A DNA stretch of 63,710 nt, filler included, from Basidiobolus meristosporus CBS 931.73 (lineage: Eukaryota; Fungi; Basidiobolomycota): assembly GCA_002104905.1 (NCBI GenBank). It is 3 parts of 3 records of this genome, joined end to end, with 100 filler letters (N's around TTAATTAATTAA, not from the genome) between each part and the next. Parts side by side here need not be neighbours in the genome. Positions count along the whole stretch, not along the records: positions 1 to 26,761 come from MCFE01000912.1; 2 more parts are not named here. One strand, 5' to 3'. Position 1 is the stretch's first letter; each line of letters opens with the position of its first letter. The notes under the pieces were generated by a model. The model worked only from the letters and a program-made list of their open reading frames with translations, was not told where the DNA came from and did no database searches. This document shows positions 10,886 through 22,294 of the stretch, in pieces. The position numbers were made by a program, and so were the translations under genes.

Positions 10886-12204
10886 TGGTGTAGATGAAGT
10901 TAGAACTTTGCAAGTGTTTGCAAAATCTACAGGTACCATCCTCCACTTATATATCAGTTGACTACAATAGCGATCCAGGGAATATAAAGTGAGTATGACT
11001 GAGAGTATCTTCTTTCTCGACCATGTCATCTTTTAACTGACTTGGTGCAACGTGAAATGTAATTACGAGTCATGGCGTCAGGGAAATTCGCACTGCAGTT
11101 CGACACAGCACCATAATTTGTGGCCAATAGTGAAATGTTACTAAAAAGAATCTCAGTCATGAGACTAGGCCCTACTCGTGATACGGGCAAGGTGGCAAAA
11201 ACATCGGGTGCCACTAAAGCCGACTGGTTCCTGGGCAAAACACATCTACTATCAGATTCAAGAATAATCTAGCAGGGGTTATACATGTTTAACGGTGGAG
11301 ATTAATTGAAATTCAATGCCGATCTGCTCCATATAAAGGCCTTACCTGTATCTATGTCTGGTGCTGAATAGAATATGCACGAAGTAACGAAGTTAAAAGC
11401 AAACAGGAGTGAACTAGGTAACTAATCAGCTATTATTGTTACAGAAATAAATATAATACCTTGCGTAAAATGCGACATTTGTTGTTAGTTAATCCATGTC
11501 AAGTAAAATGTGTTAGGTAAACTGATCCAACTCACTATGTTAAATGGTATTAAACTGTATGCCTGAGGGAATGATATGGAGAATCAAACAAGAGCACATC
11601 TTAACTTTACTTACGCATACAGACGGCCTAAGCATATGCACTACTTTTATTGTTATTGTCATTATATCACGGCAGTATGCTTTCCAGTAGTGGCCGTAAT
11701 AAGATTGGGTAGAACGGTATACACATCTCCAATGTAAATTATATTCAAATCACCGTCGTAAGTGGCAACTTTATAGCATCAATTCCCACAAGCTTACAGA
11801 GAATCATTGGTCTAAACGTTGTCCATCATAGAAAGGAAAGTTCCACACCCAGTACCACGCATACAACATTACCTTTGATTGTGTAACTCATTCAGCATAA
11901 ATACTTAGACCTCGCTACCCAATGTATATCTTAGTGTTGTATGTTTTGATTAGGCTTTGAGCTTCCTGGGAAGAGTTGTTACGGAAATTGATAATGCATC
12001 CACAAATATAGGCCATGTAAGCCACGACTAGACAATGGAATTCGATGAAACTCACCACTGTGAAAGAGCTACCGATTCCAAATATAAAACGCAAATTACA
12101 ATCTTCTAACATGAAAAACAAAGGAACAACCAAACACTTCGCAAACTGTTTAATCACTCCTTAACCTCCATGGGATACAACATGAAACCCACAGAGTGAG
12201 AAGT

Positions 12205-12277
12205 GGCCTCGTAGCTCAGTGGATAGAGCGTCCGCCTCCTAAGCGGAAGGTCCCAGGTTCGACCCCTGGCTTGGTTA
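12205..12277 (+). tRNA. tRNA-Arg(CCT), acceptor stem imperfect
   Basis: D arm GCTC/GAGC, anticodon arm TCCGC-CTCCTAA-GCGGA, T arm CCAGG-TTCGACC-CCTGG, 73 nt, followed by TTTTT. Acceptor has 2 mismatches and 2 G-U pairs. Confidence 0.85.
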
Positions 12278-12849
12278 TTTTTGAAGTATAGTAGAAAGCT
12301 GTCTAGCTCAAGGTAGGATGAAATGTATATCACCTGTTCCACCGGATTCAACATCTGGATCCTATCTTTCACTCTCCTTCCAATTTTACCACTCATTTTC
12401 GCTTGGTTTACTTAATACGCATTCTCTGTCGATTACTAAATCAATAAAGGCAAGGTATCCAAAGTTTTTTGTTAACGCGTGGTACAATGACCACAAATAC
12501 CAGCCAATTGGGACGAAAGAGTTTGTGCCAATCACAAAACTATCAGTAACGCTGATTGAAGCTTTGGTAAAGAGAGTGCCGCAGTAGGATATTTGCCAAA
12601 GCCCAGCAGCAAAGCTTGTAGAAATCATATTTTCCTTTAAATTGGTAGTTTTGGTATTAGTAGCACTAGCCATGGAGAAGGCAGATTGTGATATCTTCAG
12701 TTAGAGCTTGAGCCAGAGAAACGTGCATTTCAAGTTTGGCATCAGCCAGCTGACTGATTCCAAAAACAGATATATCTAAAATGTTGAATGACAAGTTATA
12801 TTTTTGTTAGAGATTATATTAGGCTACCTTCGAGCATCAGGCGCTTCAT

Positions 12850-13400
12850 AAGACCTTCGCAATGAAAAATTGCATTTGAAGACGCTATAGCAGCTTTCAT
12901 GGAATATTCTGACATATGACATTGATGCTGAATATACAAGAGACAACTAGATGAAGGTAAAAAGCATTGCCCAACTACACCCACACGATTTACCACGGGG
13001 TTGAGCCAAGTAGAGCCCACCGATACAAGTTTCTCGAGAAGATGCGCTCAGCTAGCTGCAGCGTGACTGTCGTCATGGGGAGGACACACCCTGCGGTATC
13101 ACTGTCGACTCGTGCGTGTTGGAGGACGTTGATATAATACTGTTCGACACTGGCTTTGAGAAATTCGTTTCCTCCCAAGTGGCAGGCCCTACCAGATACG
13201 ACATCCTCATTGCTGGTCATTCTTTCTACTCTTTAAAGTCCCTGGCACCTGCGCCGGACTCCATCTTCTACAAGCTTCTTGCGCCTGGTGGCTACCTTAC
13301 CATTATTCACGCCACTCCGGCCGACTTTCAGTGCTCGCCAGCGATTGTATGCGACTGAACGGGTGCTCTAAAGGGCGCTATCACTTTGCAATTCCCTAGC
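12850..13400 (+). pseudogene. Probable remnant of a class I SAM-dependent methyltransferase
   Basis: Fragments in different frames: AFEDAIAAFMEYSD, IYHGVEPSRAHRYKFLEKM, DILIAGHSFY...KLLAPGGYLTIIH, separated by stops and frameshifts. Bounds approximate; unrecognised introns cannot be excluded. Confidence 0.4.
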
Positions 13401-13637
13401 CATGCACAGGCTGTGCCTGAATTTTATTACCTTGGCTTCTGCAGCTGATTCCTGACAATTGATCGAATGTATCATGAAACAGACTGCAGCTGATCGTCAT
13501 TGGGTCAGTATGTGTGCCTCTGATGGTGGCACAGTCCCGGATATTATTATCAGTAAAACGCTAGCTGGCGGAACATAAGAGTTTTCCTATAAAGGCCGAC
13601 CACCACAACCTTCGTTTACGTAGTAATAAATTCAACA

Positions 13638-14702
13638 ATGGCTTACTCAGATTTTGATCTAACTGTGATTCTGGTGACCATTTGCATTTTGATCGCCTCC
13701 TACCTGGCTGTAGTGAGATCTCATCGATTCAGGAGAAGGAGCTACATCCAGCAGCTGTATGGGCGGATTCAAACAAAAGATGAACACTACAAAGCCGTTG
13801 CCTACCACAAAATCTTCCGGGAAACCACCGCAGACTTTCCACTAACCATGGACTTTGCACTTGGTTTAGCCAATGTCTATTTATGTGGCATTCCTAGTGT
13901 TAGCAAAAAACTTGCCGCCACTAAGCAGCTCACTGAAGCAACCGAGAAACGGTTCGAAGACACAGATATAATGTTGCGGGAGGTAATGGAGAACCCGCCT
14001 GGCAGTAGCCGCTCTGACATGGCACTTCGCCGGATCAATTATATGCATAGGCGTTACCAGATCAATTCGGAACATGCCTGGTATGTCTTTGGGCTCTATG
14101 TGTTCGTTACCATCGACATGATCTCCAAATACGAGTGGCGCTCGCTACTGGAGGCGGAGAAACAGGCCATCTACCAATACTGGATGGGCTATTTGGCCAA
14201 AAAGATGGGATTTTCTCCTAGCACAGTGATAGACAGCTATCAGAAGTTCGAGGGGTGGTTCCGTAAATACCATTCCAGGCACCAGGTTCACCATCCTCTG
14301 AATTCACGACTAGGTAACGTCACATTGGAGTATTTCCGGTCCATACTTCCGACATACCTTCAGTGGCTCTCTGACCCTGTGGTTTTGAGCCTATGCGGGC
14401 CCCTGGAGCTTCATGCTATCTTCCACTGCCCGGATATGCCCGACTGTGCAAACGAACGGCTAAAGCGTAGGGTTTGGCCTTCTCTGCTGATATCTGGTGG
14501 TTTTTTTTTGCGACGATGCATTGTCAGGTACCTCTGCTTCCCTAAGGAAATACCCCGGCGCACCCCTGAATCCAAGCGCCCAGATGGGAGTTACGTGCCC
14601 AACTGGGAAATCTCCCCGGGTTGTATCTATGCGAATGGGTACAAGATTGAATCAATTGGCCCTCCAAAGTTTGCTCACAGGTTTGGCGAGCTCTACCATT
14701 AA
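13638..14702 (+). CDS. ER-bound oxygenase MpaB/MpaB'/rubber-oxygenase family (DUF2236) protein, 354 aa
   Basis: N-terminal TM helix then R-x-R-F-R, GIPSVSKxLxAT, KRFEDT, ALRRINYMHRRY with conserved His, YEWR, intact ORF, TATAAA at 13588-13593. Confidence 0.85.
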   Translation: MAYSDFDLTVILVTICILIASYLAVVRSHRFRRRSYIQQLYGRIQTKDEHYKAVAYHKIFRETTADFPLTMDFALGLANVYLCGIPSVSKKLAATKQLTEATEKRFEDTDIMLREVMENPPGSSRSDMALRRINYMHRRYQINSEHAWYVFGLYVFVTIDMISKYEWRSLLEAEKQAIYQYWMGYLAKKMGFSPSTVIDSYQKFEGWFRKYHSRHQVHHPLNSRLGNVTLEYFRSILPTYLQWLSDPVVLSLCGPLELHAIFHCPDMPDCANERLKRRVWPSLLISGGFFLRRCIVRYLCFPKEIPRRTPESKRPDGSYVPNWEISPGCIYANGYKIESIGPPKFAHRFGELYH

Positions 14703-15589
14703 GTTGTGCTTTTGTATAGCTGGCGTCACGCTATAAACACTTCAAAGTATGGGATTTACAGGCTCTGAGGCTTATCGCAGGCTGTGATATTGATGCCTCA
14801 TTTTTACAAGCGATTTCCATATACATGATATTATGGCTATTTATTCAGTTTGCAATTGTCAGTCTTTAGCGGTTTATTTGTGTCGTTCACTTTTGAGATC
14901 TGTTAGTATGGAGGTGCACTATTCAGCTATATTAATGCGTATTTATGGATCCAATCATCAATAGGAATCGAATTCGTAGAACTAGACAGGCGAATCTCGC
15001 AAAAGTATCATTGTAGGGTAGAGACAAACCTTTTAGCGGTGGGCATATTCAAAGTACTCACAATGTATTGAGGACCGTTGAAGCTCAGCAAGCGTTTCGA
15101 GGGATTCTATCACTTTCTGGAGAAAGAAACCCCACTATACTGTGACCTGATACATCTAAGTGTATGATATATCGCGTGCTATTCAACCCTAGTTGGCATG
15201 AAGCATGTCTTTTTTATCTGATACATACTCCTCGATTTTTAGAGAATTCAGTGTTAAGCTCAATAAACTCAGATCGGAGCGGTTAACTTTGATTAGTGAA
15301 TTCGATCAATTTTCGGACTGTGAAAATTGTCTATCTTTTATTTGAGTGCTGGGTTATAGTTTTATACTTCTAGGAATTCGCGCAGAAATTTTCAAATGAT
15401 TTCAAGCACAATAGTCGGTCTATTTGGAACCGAGTCGCTATAAAATTAACTATCACATGGAATGTAAGTTATGATATAAACCATGCGAGGCACAGTTAAT
15501 AAAGCAGTTCTCCTTTGACAATTGAAGTGGTTACGTTAGATCTTTTTCCTTTTGTAGGGTTGGATAATCCATAAACGACAGGTATATGC

Positions 15590-15662
15590 GGGGCGTTGGC
15601 CTAATGGATAAGGCATCAGACTTCGGATCTGGGGATTGTGGGTTCGAGTCCCATGCGCCTCG
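15590..15662 (+). tRNA. tRNA-Arg(TCG)
   Basis: Acceptor GGGGCGT/GCGCCTC, D arm GCCT/AGGC, anticodon loop CTTCGGA, T loop TTCGAGT, downstream TTTTT. Confidence 0.95.
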
Positions 15663-15879
15663 TATACTTTTTGAATCAGGAAGTATTATCTGAATCCCAA
15701 TGTCTTGCACTATCAATTTTGGGTATCGAGGCTATTTATGTTGTACAAGTTACAATCACTGCGAGATTTTGTGGATGACATACATGTGATGGAAGTGGAA
15801 TCACCGGTTTGTTTGTAAAGAAATCAAGTATCTCTATAGGAGACCCTTATATTACTATCAAATCCACCATTGCTTACAT

Positions 15880-17340
15880 GAATATAAAAATGAATTTATA
15901 GGAAGGATGAAGGGAATGTACAGGAGCTCCACCTTAGCCCTTGCTTTAGTGAGTAAAATGAGTAAGATGAGCCTGGTTTTACATTGTAACATATCAATAA
16001 TGCTGTCTTATCAATGTAGGGTATTTTTGCCATCAAGGTGCTACAAACTTGCTTCAGGGGGAATTGGGAATGGCTCAGAGCTAATCACCATTCTTGTTAC
16101 CAGATTTTCAAGGAGACTTGCATGAATATTTAATTAGTACTGGGTGTGGGGTTGAGAGTTATTCACAATATGTGATGTGAGCACTGTCTGCTGGGAAGAT
16201 GTTGTATTTGAATCAAGTGTCATGTTGCCAAGAAGTCTCACATCATAAGAGTAATATATGACTCTTGATGGTGTACCAAGGCCTGTCTTTATCTTCTGTG
16301 TAGGATTCACTTGATTTCATCCATACATCATTTACCTCATATTTGTCCTGCTTGCATAGATTTCTCTATATGTTGCAATCTGGTTAGGATTCACTTTGTT
16401 GTCACTGATATGCTATATTTAGATCCATCAAATATTCAAAAAGGGCCTGTTGATTGCAAGTTACTTTGTTAATTTTTTCTTTGACATGTTTGATGGGCAT
16501 ATTATGTTATCCTGAACCAATGCAACTTGGGCTGTGGTAGTGCTATATCCATGTGGTACTGATCCCTTATCTAGATGCTTATAAGGTATAGCCAGTTAGC
16601 TTTTCTTACAAGATTATTTATTTATGCTGGTTTTGGGAATCTGAGGGGTCAGGGCAATTCAAGCCTCAGCCAAGCAACATATGTGCCAATTTGTAATGCA
16701 GCCTGAGCTGCTTAGTTGGTTAGCTTGGTTTGAGCATTTGCCATTTCTACTTAGCATTGTTCAGTTGTTTTTACCATAATATTATTGAACTTCACAAATA
16801 TTCAATCAATGGTGCTGATGCTGGCACCACCACCAATCACAATTTCTGCTGGTCTTTGTGCCACCAAAGCCTTTGCAAGTTTAACCTGGTATGAGTTCAC
16901 CTATAGGTGTTCTATTATCCTTTTTGTGCTTGCAAATTGCAGCCCTTTGGTCTTGGTGTATGGTTGGAAATTGCATTCAACTTGTTAGACTTGTCTTATT
17001 GGATAGTGCCATATTGAGCCATGAGTGCCAAATAATGCTGTAATATGTCAGAAAGGCAAAGCAGACCAATAATTGGCCACCAAGTGCAAAACATTGTTCT
17101 TAAACTTTATGCAAAGCAGCCCCTCTGTTTTACCAACTGTAGTCAAGAAAATCAATTTTTTGACCTTTTTTTTGGGATCAATGTTGTCCTGCTTAGGGTG
17201 TAGGTGTTATAGTAAGGGCTACAAAATGGTTAGAAGAGCAGGGGGTCTGGGGGATGCAGTCCCCTAGAGAATAAAAAAGTAGGGGGCTTGGGGGATGCAA
17301 TCCCCCATACTGCTCCCATACTCTTTAAATTCCCTTTGGG
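15880..17340. repeat. Unclassified CpG-free relic, probably a decayed transposon
   Basis: Almost no CG dinucleotides, no long ORF, ends with two copies of a GGGGAT-GCA-(G/A)TCCCC hairpin (17241-17266, 17281-17307). Confidence 0.4.
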
Positions 17341-18741
17341 TTACTTTCCACTCATTCTTGGTTCTGGTCCCTTAGGGTTGCAATTCCTACACCTAACCCT
17401 CATCACCCTAGCCATGAATATTTTTACCCTACAACTGGCACATTGTCTGGTCATGTAGTGGGCATGTCTGGGTCATTATTGGTCTCCCTACACTCTCTGT
17501 AAGCTCTGTATAAGTTTTGATGATTATATAATTAATAAATTGTTTCTTTTGATGCTATATCTAATAATTAATGGGAATCATCTCAATCTGGCCACAATCC
17601 CATATTTAAATAAGCTTTGGGCACCGTAAATTGCACAGCCGTAATATGATAAAAAAATTCATGACCAATGCAAATTTTCTGTAACCCAATTGCTTTTACC
17701 AGATATAAAGTGTATCCCAAAGTTCAATATACATTATAGTTATAATAGAAACTTTATTTGACACCATTGCAACTACTACTTGTGTCCTATGTGCACATGT
17801 ATCCTGCATGAGTCATCAATCATTAGCCACGTGGTAATAAAGTGCTTTTATTTTTCATCATGCTAGTTTTGCATGAATCCTAAAGACGTGCACAGCAAAA
17901 TCTGGGCTCCAGGTGTTGTGTTAATCCAAAGTCAAATCATTTGAATTTGGCTCTCCAACATCTTCCCACTGTTCAAACCTCCAGGCACAGTTAATTAGAA
18001 TTGAGTCCTCTCTGATAGCAACCATCACCTTGTATACGTACACGTGTTCATCAAGACAACACACAAAGGAGAGCACCTCTTGGCTTGAAAGTAGGCAAAT
18101 GATTTAACCCTGAAACATGTATCACGCTCTTAAATAGCTGGTTTCCCTTACTTGAGGGGAAATCCGATTGTAGTTTCTGGTTTGGGCTGTTGTCAGTAGT
18201 TACGTGATCCGAGTGGTGAGGGAGAGGTGAGCTTGATTTTGAATGAGGCTGCTTTGCGAGTGTTCTATGTTGTGTGCTGAATGGGTGTCGGTGGAGTTTG
18301 AGTTTTGATGGCAGAAGGATCACACATGATACGATATTTACTCGCCGGGAAGATCCTTGTAAACAAACCTAACAACAAGCAGTGGAACATACGGCTGGAC
18401 AACCGTTCCTTTCCTACTTAACTCCATCTAGGTAGGGAGCGTATTGAAATTGGTCACGTGCGGGATTTCTTTCTGTCAATGGAAGGTTTGCTGCAGCATG
18501 TTACGATGGGAAATATGCATCTAAGTACATGGAGGCAGGTATGAAGAATGTGGGGGAATAAGGTTGAGTCCACACAATAGACAGATTTCATATTCATCAA
18601 GATGTGCCTTGGCTTACTGAGACACCGCTGGAGTGAAAAAGGGGCAGTAAGGGAGGGTGTGGGGTACCCCATACTTTCCTCCGAAGTGAGTATAAATTGA
18701 TCAAGACACTCACTTGGCAGCATATCTCTCTCAACAACAAA

Positions 18742-20628
18742 ATGAAATTCTCCGCACCAAGAATCTTGTGCTTCCTCTCTGGTTTGGCTGCAATCAACGC
18801 CGCAGCTTTCGATAGAAGACTACAGGCCAGAAGCGGTGGGGCTTACGACGTGACCGATCTATTTGACGGAGGGAATGAAAGTGGTGGTAGCGGAGCTGGC
18901 GCTTATGGCCCCGGAAATGGTGATAACGGAGGTGGCGGTAACGGCAATGGAGGCAATGGTGATGGCAGTGGCAACGGCGGTAATGGAGATGGAGATGGCA
19001 ATGGTAATGGAGGCAATGGAGCCGGTGCTTATAGCTCTGGCAATGGTGGAAATGGAAACGGCGGTAACGGCAATGGAGGCAATGGTGATGGCAACGGCAA
19101 CGGTGGTGACGGAGCCGGTGCTTACGACTCTGGAAACAGCAACGGCGGTAATGGAAATGGAGATGGCAATGGTAATGGAAGCGATGGGAACGGTGGTAAC
19201 GGAGCTGGTGCTCACGACTCTGGTAATGGTGGAAATGGAAATGGCGGTAACGGCAATGGAGGCAATGGTGATGGCAGTGGCAACGGCGGTAATGGGAATG
19301 GAGATGGTAATGGTAATGGAGGCAATGGAGCCGGTGCATATGGCTCTGGCAATGGTGGAAACGGAAACGGCGGTTACGGCAATGGAGGCAATGGAGGCAA
19401 TGGTGATGGCAATGGCAACGGTGGTGACGGAGCCGGTGCTTATGGCTCTGGCAATGGTGGAAACAGCAACGGCGGTAATGGAAATGGAAATGGAGATGGC
19501 AATGGAGGCGATGGGAACGGTGGTAACGGAGCTGGTGCTTACGACCCTGGTAATGGTGGAAATGGAAATGGCGGTAATGGCAATGGAGGCAACGGTGGTA
19601 ACGGGGCCAGTGCTTACGACTCTGGAAACGGCAACGGCGGTAATGCAAATGGAGGAAATGGAGATGGCAATGGTAATGGAGGCAATGGTGATGGCAATGG
19701 CAACGGTGGTAACGGAGCCGGTGCTTACGACTCTGGAAACAGCAACGGCGGTAATGGAAATGGAGATGGCAATGGTAATGGAGGCGATGGGAACGGTGGT
19801 AACGGAGCTGGTGCTCACGACTCTGGTAATGGTGGAAATGGAAATGGCGGTAACGGCAATGGAGGCAATGGTGATGGCAATGGCAACGGTGGTAACGGAG
19901 CCGGTGCTTACGACTCTGGAAATAGCAACGGTGGTAATGGAAATGGAGGAAATGGAGATGGCAATGGTAATGGAGGCGATGGGAACGGTGGTAACGGAGC
20001 TGGTACTTACGACTCTGGTAATGGTGGAAATGGAAATGGTGGTAACGGCAATGGAGGCAATGGTGATGGCAGTGGTAACGGCGGTAATGTAAATGGAGAT
20101 GGCAATGGAAACGGTGGCAGCAGAGCCGGTGCATATGACTCTGGCAATGGTGGAAACGGCGGTAACGGCAATGGAGGTAATGGTGCTGGCAATGGCAACG
20201 GCGGTAATGGAAATGGAGGAAATGATGATGGCAATGGCAAGGGAGGCAGTGGAGACGGTGCTTATGACTCTGGCGATGGTGGAAACGGAAATGGCGGTAA
20301 CGGCAATGGAGATGGCAACGGAGGCAACGGAGCCGGTACATATGACTCTGGCAATGGTGGAAACGGAAACGGTGGTAACGGCAATGGTAATGGAGGTATT
20401 GGCAACGGTAATGGAGGAAATGGAAACGGTGGTAACGGCGCTGGTACTTATGGCTCTGGAAACGGCAGCGGTGGCAACGGAAATGATGGCACTGGAGGCG
20501 GCAATGGCAATGGTGGTAACGGAGCCGGTGCTTATAACTCTGGAAATGATGGAAACGGAAACGGAGGCAATGGCTCTGGAAGTGGTAATGGGAATGGTGC
20601 CAGCAACGGTAGTGGCGATTGTCAGTAA
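18742..20628 (+). CDS. Secreted Gly/Asn-rich repeat protein, 628 aa
   Basis: TATAAA at 18691-18696, ATG 18742, signal peptide MKFSAPRILCFLSGLAAINA, RR dibasic site, ~17 GAGAY(D/G)SG units separated by GNG/GNGG/GDG tracts, single C-terminal Cys. Confidence 0.88.
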   Translation: MKFSAPRILCFLSGLAAINAAAFDRRLQARSGGAYDVTDLFDGGNESGGSGAGAYGPGNGDNGGGGNGNGGNGDGSGNGGNGDGDGNGNGGNGAGAYSSGNGGNGNGGNGNGGNGDGNGNGGDGAGAYDSGNSNGGNGNGDGNGNGSDGNGGNGAGAHDSGNGGNGNGGNGNGGNGDGSGNGGNGNGDGNGNGGNGAGAYGSGNGGNGNGGYGNGGNGGNGDGNGNGGDGAGAYGSGNGGNSNGGNGNGNGDGNGGDGNGGNGAGAYDPGNGGNGNGGNGNGGNGGNGASAYDSGNGNGGNANGGNGDGNGNGGNGDGNGNGGNGAGAYDSGNSNGGNGNGDGNGNGGDGNGGNGAGAHDSGNGGNGNGGNGNGGNGDGNGNGGNGAGAYDSGNSNGGNGNGGNGDGNGNGGDGNGGNGAGTYDSGNGGNGNGGNGNGGNGDGSGNGGNVNGDGNGNGGSRAGAYDSGNGGNGGNGNGGNGAGNGNGGNGNGGNDDGNGKGGSGDGAYDSGDGGNGNGGNGNGDGNGGNGAGTYDSGNGGNGNGGNGNGNGGIGNGNGGNGNGGNGAGTYGSGNGSGGNGNDGTGGGNGNGGNGAGAYNSGNDGNGNGGNGSGSGNGNGASNGSGDCQ

Positions 20629-20950
20629 CTCATAGAGCTATGGTAGAATGATCATGTATTTAAAATCTATTTAATCCATAAATAAAATTGCTCAATAGTT
20701 GGAATGCCATTTTGTATGATGTTGCTTCTCTAAGTGTTCTGTGGGCTTGTATTTGAAGCAACATATTGCTATATATGTTTTACTCCTTTGATTTATGTAG
20801 ATTATGGTTAAGGGAAGAGTAGGAAAGTGATGATTGCGGATCCATTGATACCGGTGGACTATTTGTGTATGCTACCTAGTGGAAATCAGTCTAGAGCCAA
20901 AAGAAGTGTTAGGAGAGTACTGAAAAGTTAATGCACTTGGATTTTTTGCG

Positions 20951-21317
20951 GAGGGGGAAGGAAAGTCATCAAGTGGTGAAATCTTTACTTACTTAAAATA
21001 AGCAAGTCTAAGGTTGCTCCTTGAAAGCTAGGCCTCACAGATATCTTGGCAAGGGAAACTCACCAAGAATTGGTGAGATCTTTATTTGCAGTCTGGATTA
21101 AATCAAACATAGAAGCCAGCAGGGATAAAGTCCCTTAAACAATAATTCTAAACTGAATTCAAAGCAGTATCCTAAAGAGTGAAATCCTTATCAAATATGC
21201 TAAATCAAGAAGCCAAGTTAGAATATAGATAACTGAAATGCAGAAAGCCTACAAGATAAACTTTGACTTTGCTGCTTCCCAAATATCCTTGGTATTAAAG
21301 TCTAGTGGAAAATACAT
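20951..21317 (-). mobile_element. Old degenerate modules of the telomeric retroelement array (three 3'-motif copies, including the 3' end of an ORF1 module)
   Basis: Motifs at ~20951, ~21052 and ~21170. 21180-21312 aligns to 25520-25640 (ORF1 C-terminus WDTAKSKFIL). Confidence 0.7.
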
Positions 21318-22016
21318 TGTTGTGCATCAACATTTAAAACCTGGCCAATTACACTCTGTTAGAAAATCTAGTACCCTAACTGATTTTCCCTAACCCAAAC
21401 ATAACTAATCCCTGTTATGGTTTATTTTATCACTTCTCAGAATCTATTTTTAGCTGTCACACCTGATCAATTTTCATGTGATCATTACATCCTCAACTGA
21501 TCTGCTAAGCCTTTCCAAGTGAATAGTCATCTGAGATTTATCCAACCACTTAGCAGTTGCCAAGACATCAGCTGATTAATGATGCAATTTTTCATTTATC
21601 TTATGCACCTATCAACACCCCAACAGATTTCAATTAGTCCAGTCTCTTGGCACTTACTAATGCAATGCAATCAGAAAAGTATAAATAAAGTTTACTGAAC
21701 CTTTTGGTATAGTGTGTGTCTCAACAAAATTGAAATTGTGCCTTAGCAAAATTAAGAATTCCACAATTCCTTTCTAGTTTCCACCCAAGCCTAGCACATC
21801 CAGTATTCCCAAGAACACCAAGCCTAGCCTGTATAGCAAACCAACTCTGTTGCCTTTATAGCTCAACTCAACTATATACAAAACCAATATTTGACCAGAA
21901 GTTCTCTGCTAATATTTCTGTCACCCTTGACAATTCTAAGATTCTGCACTCAGTTATCACTTAGGTTCAGTTAACTCATTCAAGAGTTTTATTAAGCTTT
22001 TCTCTTGGATACAACA
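21318..22016. mobile_element. LTR family D copy inserted in the subtelomeric array
   Basis: TGTTGTGC...TACAACA, inverted homolog of 309-549 plus 899-1310. No clean TSD seen. Confidence 0.7.
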
Positions 22017-22050
22017 CTGTCTTTGTTGAATTCCATTACATTCAGCAGTG

Positions 22051-22294
22051 TAGGGGGGAGACAGTCACCAACAGGTAGGGGTAGGGGGGGGGAGACAGTC
22101 ACCAACAGGTGAAATCTTTATTTCAGTTGAGACAAAGAAGCCAGCACTACTGTTGTAGCTTTGATACAAGAGTGTGTAGCTGAGGGGAATTTGTAGGTAA
22201 GTTGACAAGAAGTGATGATAGTTCTTCAGTGCTCAAGACACTGTTCAGGGGGAAGGGGGGTAGCAAGAGGGGTGAGAATGATTTGAGAACAACA
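22051..22294 (-). mobile_element. 5'-truncated 3' fragment of the RT module, preceded by a 26-nt partial motif copy
   Basis: 22082-22297 aligns to 22831-23043 and is capped by TTAGGG at the truncation. 22051-22076 is a partial duplicate of the terminal motif. Confidence 0.85.

Noticed and set aside
4839-11029. Overlapping ORFs around the peptide genes (e.g. 5984-6538, 6622-6906, 7126-7524, 7218-7403, 10602-10946)
   Set aside because: They recur only because the real CDS is repeated. Their starts and stops vary between copies, while the 93-aa and 79-aa frames are conserved.
18794-20635. Long alternative-frame and antisense ORFs (515, 409, 319, 180 aa)
   Set aside because: Shadows of the low-complexity GGN/AAY repeat. 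Only the frame from 18742 has a TATA box, signal peptide and sensible end.
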